Made by a program: the position numbers and the translations under genes. Shown piece by piece: positions 13,601 to 25,200 of a stretch of DNA of 64,000 nt; the first letter of the stretch is position 1, and every line of letters begins with the position of its first letter. The notes under the pieces are model-generated. The model was not told where the DNA came from. It did not search any database and was given only the letters and a program-made list of their open reading frames with translations. Source of the DNA: Phoronis australis. Its lineage: Eukaryota > Animalia > Phoronida. The DNA is taken from assembly GCA_002633005.1 (NCBI GenBank), contig NMRA01000526.1:239417-303416 (forward strand), read 5' to 3'.

Positions 13601-14760
13601 ATTGGCTGTCGCATCTGGCCCATGTCCCCACTGCCCATTATCAAAAAATCGATCGTTTGGTGTCCATGGTTAATTACACCAGTGAGATGAGTTCTCAATT
13701 TATGCAATTTTTGTAGCGTTTTGCTATAAATATTGAAAGCAGGCAGATTCGTTTTTTGTTGGTCCATGCCATCCAGTATTATGCATGCGTATCTTCTTGG
13801 GCTGGACCCTGCCTTTGAGCAGTGTTTATAATATTTTTTCTCTCATTGCTGAAAAGTAATGAGAATAGTTTCATTATTCAATAGACAACATGTCCTTTAA
13901 GATTCTCTCATTTCCACCAGATTAGAATGCAAGAATCTCAGTTATCACTTAACATGGGGACATTTTGAAATTAGAACACTCCATGTATTTTCAGTTTTAC
14001 CACCAGACTTTACAAATATTGATATGCAAAGAAACCAAAACATTACAAGTTTTAGAAGCATTTCATATACAAACGATTTGGCAACTTTTGCTCCTAGCCT
14101 TGTTTAACTAAAGATTGACTAAATGCAAAAAAACTGCCGGCTCTATACATTTGGGGATTTCATGACTGAGAAATTTCATGAGAATGAAACTTCTTAGAAA
14201 TCTCGGTTCTGGTTAAATTGACTACAGTTCTATACACAGTTGGGTGATTTAGCCACATCGACCTGTAGAACCAGCTGCAACAGAATGTTTTCATTCTTGC
14301 TGATGACTCATCCCTTAGAAAACTCACCGTGTTTATCTGTAAAGCAGTTGTAAGAAATCTTTGGTGCTCAGTCTTAATAATTCTCAAATGGACATTTTGC
14401 TGATACACAATTTGAGTATTCTATAGTCAACCACTTTTCAGTGTTTCAGTGACGATAATGAGACGATTTATCATAAACACATGTACTATGCTTAACATGT
14501 AATTGGTTAATATGAACACAACATAAACAATTTCACTTGCCAGATACAGTTTATCCACAGGCAGTTTCTTTTTAAGTATTTCATACGTCTTAGCATACCC
14601 AATTACTCTCCCCACTTGTATCTGTTTTGAGGCAATGCGTCTATCCTTAAAAACAGTTTTGCTGTCCAGCTGATTCTTGCTCTTTGTGGTGGTCGGTACG
14701 TTAACTTTTACATCACGGTTGGCAAAAAGGTCCTCTACCACTATTCCTCTGTCTGCCAAG
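10020..14760 (-). repeat. Tandem array of ~1.54-kb units, each with a DUF7869 transposase segment plus a DDE_Tnp_4-like transposase C-terminus
   Basis: The junction GCCAAG|CATTTAAACTG occurs at ~11230 and ~12768 (period 1538 bp); near-identical ORFs recur 3-4 times; single-N breaks at 10990 and 13483. Confidence 0.85.
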
Positions 14761-15100
14761 ACAGAGTCACCCTTAATGAACAGATCCCTGTCTCTAAGAA
14801 GATCGCTTTTCTCAATGATCTGTCAATCACCGACAGTCTTCCGACCAAGAGCACCGCTGCCCATTGCAGTTTGAGATCTTCTTCACAGGAATTTCAGTGG
14901 TATCGAGAATCACCTGCGTGCTTGGAAAAAGCTGTTTGAAGTGACTAGGGAAATGTTCGTTAATAATGTCTCTACTTGGCCACAGCACAAGCTCTTTCAG
15001 CTTATGGAACAAGAACATTGCCCATGTCTTGAAGATCTGAGCCACTGTGTACATGCTGACTCCAAAATCCAAAGCTATAGAGTTCCATTACCATCATTTT
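14427..15100 (-). mobile_element. ISL2EU/PIF-Harbinger-type transposase (DDE_Tnp_4-like) pseudogene
   Basis: DFGVS..TV..IF.TW..FL....., LWPSRD..HFP..FKQLFPSTQVILDTTEIP, then (L)ADRG..DLF...VNVPT..QL...DRRIAS.QI.VERVIG..KTYEIL; internal deletion and frameshifts. Confidence 0.8.
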
Positions 15101-16479
15101 CACTGCAGTCTACGAAAATATTTTAGTGACAGCTGCATGGAAAAAGTTATGATTACACATTACAAGTGACGCAAGCCAATTTAAAAAGGGTAGCAAATCC
15201 AAGATGGCCACCAATTCCAAGGTGGCGGCCAAGTTTGAGAACCATACTCTTTCTCATAATTTTATCTTATTAACTGACAATTTGTTAACCTTTCAACATT
15301 GGCTGAAGGTTAAAAATGGAGATGACCGCCAATTTCAACAAATAAGCTTTTTCATTTTTGTCAAAAAATTCTTTTGTTTTCACCTTTCACCAAAATTTAA
15401 TGAAAACATTTAAATAACGCAAAACCAATCCAAAATTATAAATATGGCCCCTAAATCAACGATGGCAGCCAAATTTCAGACTCAAACTTTTTAAGCTGCG
15501 TTATATAAAACAACATTCATAAGAAAAAAATTGTTCTTTTTTCACCAAACTTGGCATACCACTTCAAATATACGTGTAGTTTCCATAACTTTTTTGGCTG
15601 AAGCAAGTCAGCGTTTTAATAAGACTGACTTGCTTGAAAACTGTCCATAACACTTGACAAATCACAAGATTGCTATTCATGAAATCTGCTACCGTTTCAA
15701 ATCGTGACATCACAATCAATTGCATCTTCAAATGTCTCTGTTTCATTCCAATAGCTTATAATATATATGTCTTGATTCTTTTTCAGTTTCTTTACATGGC
15801 TATTATATAAGATTTTCTCCTGACTCTTCATCAAAACAAACATGGCAAATGCGCTTTCTTACGATTTTGCATTGCAAAATGTCAGCTACACCTTGTAGCT
15901 CATTATTGCTGTGATCTGGAAACTCACTTGCAAGGTCAATGTTCAGCATCCTCAGTATTTTCTGTATTCGCATTTTTTTCAGCACTTTGGAAGACGACCG
16001 CTTTTTCAGCTCCATCCTCACTTCTTCAAGACCTACTTTCTCTTGCTGGCGCTGTTTCCACCCAAGACTGATCGAGCATGCTCTTCTCACCTGCTTTTCC
16101 AACCTTTCTAAGGTATCCACAACTTAATAATCTTCTGGCCATGGATCTTGGAGGTGAGATAGTCGAGTGTTGCCCCTGCAACCTTTTACTGAGCAGCGAT
16201 AACCATCCCAACTACTTCGTTGTCCATGTTGGGAAGACCTTCTGTTTCAGTCTTTTGTCTCGTCCTTTCATCCACATTCATTGTAAAGTATCGTTTGTAT
16301 TTTCGCTTAACAGATTAACAGAAGATTCAAAACATTTTGTCGTCATGTTGGCAAACAGTTGTGATTCTGGTGGTTATTGATGAAGGTAGTGTAATATGGC
16401 ATCGTCTGGTAAATCTTCGCTGAACATGTCTGTGGTAGCACTTATCTAAAACAGGTCTCACTTTGTGTAATTTATCATA

Positions 16480-17410
16480 TGCAGGGTCTGACCTGTCAGT
16501 TATTGCTTGAGAGTTATCAATAAAATAAATATACCTAAGAATGCTGAGGAATCTGTCACATCACTTTATGGAATCCTGGTGTTCCCGATAACCAATCCAG
16601 TGACCAATAGTCCTTCATGTTAATCTTTTTCACTACTCCCATTGTCATAAACAGTCCCAGCCAGGCTTTAAGATCACAACAGGTAAGTTCACTCCACTTA
16701 CTTCTGTGTTTACTGGGATCTTTGGTTCTTTGTTGTGTCGCATATAGATTTGTCTGAGCAGTGATGAGTCTGCATAGAGCATCAGTAAAAACAGCTTCAA
16801 CAATTGAACGGGGAAGCCGATTCCAACAAGTTCTGTCCCCCAAGAGAGTCGAGAGCTTCAGAAGACAATCCTGGTGTACCTCTAAATCGAATGTTAGCGT
16901 CATTCTGCATATTTGCGTCACTACTCCACCCAGTTTGTGACTCATCCACGTCTCCCAGAAAATTGTCGTCCACTTCGATTTCCGGTGCGTTGTCAAGGTC
17001 CTCCGAATCAAAATCGAGCTCTGGTTCATTGTTGGAGTCCGGTCTTCTCAAACGTGACAAAAGAATGTCATCGTCAGGATCGTCACTTTCATCCTCCAAA
17101 TCGCTGTCAAAGTCCGTATTTTCAAGCAAAGATAATGCATCTTCAACAGCCTTCATTCCTGGTTTCCAAGGAAACACCATCTTGTAAACAAATCTTGAGA
17201 AACTCTCAAAAAATCACCAAATATCACAACAACAAAATCTTCAGACACTCAGTTTATTGTAAAGCAATGACATCAATACTTCGTGTGTACACATAACTAA
17301 AAATAGTTAACAATTGATGCAATAGATGGCAGAGGTTGTCTATGGAATTTTCCATCGCACATATGCGAGTCTCGGCTCTCGGGGTTGCAAGATCCGGTAC
17401 GCACAAAGGG
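16480..17410 (-). mobile_element. piggyBac transposon, 5' half (DDE_Tnp_1_7/PGBD4-like transposase N-terminus, frameshifted)
   Basis: Acidic N-terminus (ORF 16797-17180), then LITAQTNLYA..W..LT..DLKAWLGLFMTMGVVK..MKDYWS..TPGFHKVM/DRFLSILRYIYF. The minus-strand end reads TTAA|CCCTTTGTGCG (TTAA at 17411-17414). Confidence 0.85.
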
Positions 17411-18103
17411 TTAAAGTTCTAGCAATAAAGTTAACATTGTTCAGAACAATCAACACATCCCATACATTTATCATAATTGACCACAACAGATGGCTTCATG
17501 ATGGACTGGGGATAAATGATTCATAACACAATTCCGTTCAGTGCAAAGCATGATTGCTTATTTCAGGACTGGTACCACAACGTCAACAGATAAAACCTGG
17601 CTCAACCACACAATGAGTGAACATTACTAATCTTACACTATGAACTGAGTGGAGTTCATTCAATTGCTTCTACCCGTGGAGGTACTCCACTATTTTTTGC
17701 CCAGACACGGGCTTTAAGAAAGTGGACAAGTCACCTTGTCGGAATTTTATCCCATAACATGGCTCTTATACATGTATATACTTGGTATTATTTCAATAAA
17801 CAGAATTCCTTACTCCAAAATTGAACCATGTTTGTTGGAATTCAATTGAAAACACTCTTTAGTAGGCAATGTGCAATAAATGAACCCACCCTTCTGAGCA
17901 GCACACCCCGTTTATACCTTCTTCATTTACGTGAGTACCCTCCCCCCGGAGGGGGCTTCTAAACCTAGATTCTATTTTGAAGTTGGCGATTGTAACTTGA
18001 CCTAATTATCTTAGTATGTGTGTTCAATTCGCAAAAATCCAAAATCCATCTGTTATCTACAAAATAATACATCTGGATAATCTAGTGAAATAATGCTACA
18101 ATG

Positions 18104-18590
18104 TTAATTGTCCAGTCCTTTGCATAATTTCTCGTGTCGTGAAGTATAATCTCTTCGGGAAAACCCTTTGCCACATTTACTACACATGTGGGGCTTGACG
18201 TCACTGTGAGTTGTCTGGTGTCTTGCCAATGACCTCTGATGATGTGTTGTGAAGGCACAATGATCGCAACTTAAGTGTGGCCTGAAGTGTGGCCGGGACA
18301 ATATGATCATCTAGATGAGATTTTCTAGTGAACGTCTTGCGGCACAACTTGCACTCTGAACGACTGTGTGTCCGCTGATGAGACAGGAAGTTACTCTTCT
18401 TGTCAAAACTCTTCTCGCACTCAGTACACTTGTATATTGTGGGTGAGTGCACCTCATTGTGTATTCACAACCCACTTTGTGAGGCAAAAGTACGCCCGCA
18501 TACCGTGCATGGAATTTTTTAGCACCGTGGCTCCCTCTGTTATGGTCTTCAAGTGCCGCTTTGCTCTGAAAGTGCCAGTTATAGAAAACT
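18104..18590 (-). pseudogene. Disrupted C2H2 zinc-finger array (about 6 fingers)
   Basis: CTVCGRTF..L*IHNEVH, CTECEKSF..HQRTH, CKLCRKTF..HLDDH, CDHCAFT..HQTTH, SDVKPHMCSKCGKGF; one stop and frameshifts. Confidence 0.7.
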
Positions 18591-19049
18591 AAAAAGAAAT
18601 CTATTATTACATGGAATCCGGAACAGATTCTGTGAACGGCATTGGCTGTCCGCAGTGAAACGCTTGATACCTTCTTTCCTCCACAGTAGCAGTCCTTTCC
18701 CAGTGTTGGCTGTTGGCGACCACCATGGTCGCGACAGTACCATGACCCTTTTTCAACATGTGGTGGTCCACTTGCTATTTCTCAGATGTCGCCTGAACTG
18801 CTTTGAAGAAGCGAATCTCGCCCACAGTCCTTACCCCGCAGACTTTCATCCATGCATCTTCAAATGACATGGTTCCATCCTCCAGAATCCTGCAATAAAT
18901 TGAGTGTATCTTGCTGAATATTGGCCTCTTGCAAATAACGCGACCCCTTCTGTTGGTTTACATGTTCTCAGTTGCTGGCAGCGGAGTATTCTGCCCACCG
19001 ACTATTGAGGTTGTTTCATCACCCGAGTGATTCTCAACCTTAATCAATG

Positions 19050-19260
19050 GTGGAGAATCCCAGGGAACCTAGCCCTTCGCAATGCAAGTCTTCAAATGGT
19101 CCACGTGCACAACTGATTAGCCATTTCGGCAGAAATCCAGGTATTCCACTCTGATTTCAAATTACTTAATGATATCTACCCACTCGGTCGTTTTGGAGTC
19201 AAAAATTGGCAGTTGTTTCTCCATTCTTTTAACTTGACCTGGCTGAATAGAATGTCCAAC
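19050..19260 (-). mobile_element. Possible internally deleted Gypsy-like remnant (gag start abutting integrase end)
   Basis: QLPIFDSKTTEWVDIIK*FE / SEWNTWISAEMANQL (gag-like) directly followed by VVHVDHLKTC (integrase tail-like); short motifs only. Confidence 0.35.
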
Positions 19261-20584
19261 TGGACATAATTTGTTAACTGACATTCCGGGACTGCAGTCA
19301 TGGTTCGTCGGGAATGGGTTGCTCGGAGAATAATGAATGTTCCCCGTAATTGTATTGTTTACGTTGTGGTGGTCAAAAGCGCTACTCTAGCAGTCTGCAT
19401 TTTTAGCTGGCGAGAGCACAGAAGTATCTGGATTCAATTGAACTGATCACCTGACAGTAGTTAAATATTGGGCAACTCTTTCCACTAAATTAGACATTGC
19501 ATAAATGAAAACAAAACCAAGGAACAAAGTAACCTGTATATAAGGAATAATAATACCCAACTATCAAGTGCCATAATCGCAATGAAAAATACTGAATTAC
19601 AAAACCAGGAACCGGAATCAAACGGACCCTACCGACAAATGGATAACTGGACTAGGTACAGAAACTCAATGTACCCACGGAATACTCGAAAAAAATAAAA
19701 GATAAACTCCTAACACATTTCAAGAGTAGAGGTAAGCAGAAAGTAGAATGATAAAACAGGTTCCAGTCTATGGTGCCCAACCAATGTTATCACCACAGGT
19801 TCATCCCCAGGCCACTGGGAACCGGACACCTCATTGGACAGTTTGATATCATGTGAGCTTATAGAATTGTGTGATTTTATTTTTCATTTCCATGTCATAT
19901 TCCATAGCATTCATAAATATTGTAATGGCTGTACTTTGCGAGCAAGTTTTCTGATATGCAGAATTGATTAAACACACAACACTTTTCGTTATTGACAGTA
20001 CACAACACTTTTCGTTATTGACAGTCTTTATTTCATTTCGTTCATATGTTTGGAATAAAACTACACTCAATGGAACATTGATGGAGTAACTGACCAAGAG
20101 ACATGATTAAAATGTTCACGATGTTTCAAAACATACTTGTTTCATTCTCAAGTGGAAATAAAATGACGTAGTAATGCCACCACTGAGCATCAGCTGGAGA
20201 CATACATAGTGGGACACAGCAGGTGTGAAATACTGTAACAATGACAAATGAAGGGGGGAACAGGAAGGTCACGTAAACAAGTGTAATATGTGGCGCGATT
20301 GTGTTTGCTGCTCATTCAAAACAGGCTTCTCCAATGCAGTCAAAAGGGACTCCAATACTTTCAATCACAGCACATTGTGTGTTAAGGTGTGATTGTTTTA
20401 ACAATTATACTGATACAGTTACAGTTGGTAATGCAGGCAGAAATTTTTTTTCATAGCAGAGTGAATGGGAGTGTGAATGAGTGAAAGTCCTTTACTGCCA
20501 GCTAACCTCCTACCCCGCAAACATGTCATTTCCTGTATTTTGCTTTAAAAGCATGGTCTATATTTTTATTCTGTGTCATGTGTT

Positions 20585-20738
20585 ATGTGTAGGTGGAACA
20601 ATCCACCGACTGCTATAATAATGTTATGGCTCATATTATTATGTGTTGGTGGAACAACCCACCGACTGCTATATTATGGCTCATATTATTATGTGTAGGT
20701 GGAACAACCCACCGACTGCTATAGTAATGTTATGGCTC
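20585..20738. repeat. Tandem repeat, 3 copies of a ~50-58 bp unit
   Basis: GTGTAGGTGGAACAA(T/C)CCACCGACTGCTATA...TTATGGCTC occurs three times. Confidence 0.85.
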
Positions 20739-21963
20739 GTTTCAGGAAACTTGTTTACTTCACTTAAGACCAAAATGTCATGAACCGTTGTTTTCTAAGT
20801 TGTCATCTTCAGTCACTTAATTTAGACAAAATTTTGATCTCGAGTCCAAGGTCAATTTTCTTGAAACGAACCTTTAGTTTTTCTGTATTGATGTAGTAGA
20901 TATAGACTGTTCATTTCATGAATCATGACTGTTGTGCTAAGATATTGACGGGATTGTTATGGATATAGATTATTCTTATATCGAGTTTTATATACTGTTA
21001 TACTATGCAACATTTTTTCAAAAATAAATATTTCCATCCATGGTGTTTTTCTGTATGTAGTTCTTTATTATGAAAGCCATACTCCAGATCTCTAATAGGT
21101 ACACTCACAACGTGAAGCAAGGCCTGCTCCTACAAGCCTTACAGAATCCCCATTATCTATGAGTGACTTGGTCGCAAAACTACTCTCCACTATCCATTTT
21201 TGGTCCCTAATAACTGTTACAGGATTTAAATTTTATTTGATTGTATTGATTTTTGTGTACCTTAGATGTTTGACTACTTCATTTATTGCGACCAAGAAAA
21301 AACATTTGAATGGCTTGGTATGCTTTTAGGAATTTACTTCGGATTAGTTCAGATTTGTTTTTTCCAAACAAAATCCAGGACTCGTACTGTAGAAACACAA
21401 GTCATGGAAACATCTGGTTTGGAATCCAATCTTTGTGAACATTGGTTAATTGGTGGTAGGAGGAAGCTATTTCACGTGTTTGGATGACGAGAGGTGCAAG
21501 AATTTTTTTACAGCATCTTGAGAAAAATATTTCAAGGTTTCAGAGAAATCACTGCCACGGCATTTCTTTTCAGGCAGTCCTTGTGTACTAGTCACAGTGG
21601 CTCCCATTCATATTTTTCACTCAAGAAGTAGACTCATGGTCATGTTTGCAAACAGAATGTTTGACCTCTGGACAGAACTGGCATAATAGGGTTCAGTTTA
21701 TCTTAAGATAATTTTAATATTTTCCAAGCACAGACATTTTCAGGTTTCCATAGTACATACAAACTATAATTTCTCAATATGACTAGGAACATTCTTTGAC
21801 AAGAAGAAAAGACAACTTTAACTTGCATTGTATTTACCTCGATTACAACTTCAGGGGAAGTAAGTACCAAAAACTGTACAATCATGTAGTCCACCAACGT
21901 CTTCTGAAAATGGTACAAATGATTCCTAACTCAGGCTCAGAATTTTGTATACACAAATTGGGA

Positions 21964-22283
21964 TCACATAAAGTCTGCAGCAGTGGGTCTCCTGCCAGAG
22001 GGCAGCTGTCTAATCTTGTCCAACAGATGGCGCTCACTGACGCCACTAGTCCTCTCATCACTACTTTCCTCACTACTTCCTTCATAATCACTTTCACTGT
22101 CAGACATTCCAACTTTACTCTTTTGTTTCTTCTTTTTTGATTTGTGTTTCTGCTTGGATTTCTTTTTTTTCTCTTTCTTATGCTTCCGGGACTTTGTTTT
22201 ATTTCTGTGTTTGTCCTTAGTAGATTTTTCGATAAAAAGTTCACTGGACATGTACGTCTGAACAACATCAGAGATGGGCTCAT
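21964..22283 (-). CDS. GPATCH1: GPATCH1 last coding exon
   Basis: Lys-rich tract, acidic Ser tract, RRPTAADFM*. Confidence 0.85.
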
Positions 22284-25200
22284 CTGAAAAAGAGATGTTA
22301 AAATAGGAAGAGAATTTATGAGATTGCCAGACGCGCACTGCAGACGGGAGCTATGGGCTTAGTCAACCAACTTGAATCCCAATTTGCAACGCACAGCTTT
22401 TGTCTAAGCCTAATGGACCACAAGGTATTCCATCACGAGGCAATGAGGCAAATATCCATCTCGCTTGAGGACAAAGGCAAATATCCAGTCCTTTTTCCTC
22501 ACAACCCCAAAAACTTGGTGTTTGCTGGTAGCCCATACGGCGCTATGAGCTCAACATATTGGCATTCAAGTTTGGTGGTAAGCACATCGGTCACTGTCTC
22601 TGATAAGCTTAAACGTACTGTTAGAAACTTTATAAACAATATAATGGAACATGCTACATTTTAAAATCACAATGGACTTTCCAGTACATAGTAAATTAAC
22701 TAATAAGGCCCAAACACTAACATTTCCCTTGGAGTACCATACTGTAAGTTGTCGACATAAGGGATTTTTTTAATCCTGACAGAATTTCCACTGAATGTTT
22801 TAAAACAGAACATGCTTTATACAAGACAAATCGGGGATTCTCACCCATTGCCTTGCTGTCAGCTGGAGGAAGGCTCGGTCCATAGATGTCGTCATCGATC
22901 TCTACTGACCTTTGACCTTTAGGCCAATCAAATGAGTGTGGTGTGCCTGACTGTTCACTGCCATCTGGTGATTTACAATGAGAAAAATTCAACAATGTTA
23001 CTTTATAACCAACACTTGAGTAACTGACATTTTTGAGACCCATTTTCAAAATAATCCTTGATGACCAAAGAAATGTGCATAGCACACGATCATAATGCCT
23101 GAACTGTGCAGTCATATGAGCTTGTTTTTATTTTGCAAAAAATCATTGTTTAATGAAAGATAATGATTAAAAACTAGACTGTATTTCTGCTGGATAGTTT
23201 CACAGACAATTACTCGTGTTCTCTGAACAATTTTCCATCATCAGGTATACAGTTATGGAGTAAATTGCCAATAAACATGACAAACAAATACATTAAAACA
23301 GCAAGTTAGTTAACTAAGGGCTTCCACCATCTTGTGAAAGATAATGCAGCAACATTCGCAAAATTTGCACGCAACTTGGTAACGTGTGGGATTAACAATC
23401 GAGGATTTCTACCTCACGAACTTGACTGTCGGATAAACGACTTCCACTTTTTACCAAGTGTTGTAGCATTTAAAAAGATATTTGAAGAAATAGGATCAAA
23501 AAAACAAATCACAGTCACCTAATTTTGCCATCTTCACAGCAGGTTCTTGAACAGCAGGCTCCACCTGTTGTTGCACAGCTTGAGGTGACCCTTCCTCATC
23601 AGACGAGCTCATGTCATCTGAGTCTTGAAAGATGGCCTTAAACAGGTCCATGGGTGGTCGCTCTATTCCCTCAATCTGCGAACGACAACAGCAGACATAA
23701 TTAAGAGACTACTAAGCAGTATGTGTTCTCTGCTGTCAAAAATGAGATTGGGCATGTACCTATGTATTACGTATATTGGGACATGTGTGGACTTCAGGGG
23801 CACAATTTCTGAGAAATAATTATTCAAAACTGTCTTTGTTAAACTATTCATCAGACCAGTGCACCTTTGTACGCGTTTACAAAGGGAAGTCTAGCTTCCT
23901 CAATAGACTTTTCATAAACAAAACCATCAGTCCCAGCTTCTTGTGTTTTACTGCCAGATAAGGGACACAATCCACAGACAACAAACGTTCTTTGCCCAGA
24001 GATTACAGACATCCTAACAGACAACCTAGTAAGCAGATCGTCTGTTTGCACACGACTGACAGATGAGCGTTCGAATAACTTGCATGCCAAAGCTAACATT
24101 ATGTCAAGCATCACATATTTCTACTTTGTAGATCCCCCTATTTGTTCTTATAAATAAATTAAAGGCTAACTTGAATGGTAACACCTGTAAATTTTAATCC
24201 TATATGGTATGTTAGGAGCATTGCTCTGAGCCCATCACTGCCATAATTTGCCATATGTAACAAACTCTTAGGCGAATTGGCTTGCTTTTGTCAACGTCAC
24301 CGCAAAAAATTCACCTTTTAATTCAAACAATGCGAATAACACCCGCATGCAATGGTGCTCTATTCAGACGCCTATTCAATACAACTGTTATCAGCGTTTT
24401 GTTGTTTGTGCTGGTATCTCACGGTGACGCAACATGGCACGAAAAGGCAGCTTCACCTATCATTTGGCAGGCTTACGTTTGAGTGATTGAACTCTCGTAG
24501 GCTTTGCTAGGACTATCTGGTTAGCCCAATACATCTAAAATAACAAAATTCCATTGAAGGTAGACTTTAAGTTCTAACTCAACCTCTTTATACATTTATT
24601 TATTGGAAGCTTGTATATGCAGGTAGCAGTACTCGTAGACAGGTTTCATTAAACAATTGCCTTTATTTATGAACACTCATTAAGTTCAAACACTTACCAC
24701 TATATATCTGGTCTTAATTAACTTGTACCTTACTGAGATTATAAAATAAAATAATTCATGCGCTCAGTAAGAATTGGTGCTTCGTTATTGCTCAAGATCA
24801 GCGTCAGTAATTTGGCTTGTCACGTGTCATTTTATGCAGTCAGCATGATGGTCTCGAGCCTTACTGAACTATCACTTCTTTCACTGCCCAGAAATCAGTT
24901 CTAGTCAGAGTAAAGATCAAATTGAGACCAATTTTATAGGGGAAAGTGACCTAAACTGTCCATGTTATTTTTGAAGACCAAAGGTGGGTTTATGTTGTTT
25001 TGATTTAATGGCTTGAAATTAATGCCCAGCACTTGACAAGACTGACTGCCAAGAGTTACGAGGATAACTCTGAAATTTCCACTTAAATTAAGACGCATGT
25101 TAATAAAAATTTACAAGTTTTCAACTCCCAAACATTGCCATAAACAAACCAAAAATTCCAAAACATACCTTCTGCGTTTCTTCAGAAGAGTTTGTAGGTG

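Noticed and set aside
14180-14420. YqaJ exonuclease ORF expected in ISL2EU elements
   Set aside because: Only a weak AKCPF match; not supportable.
20585-20738. Partly palindromic repeats (GGTGGAACAA.CCACC) as CRISPR-like
   Set aside because: The intervening sequence is also repeated; simple tandem repeat.
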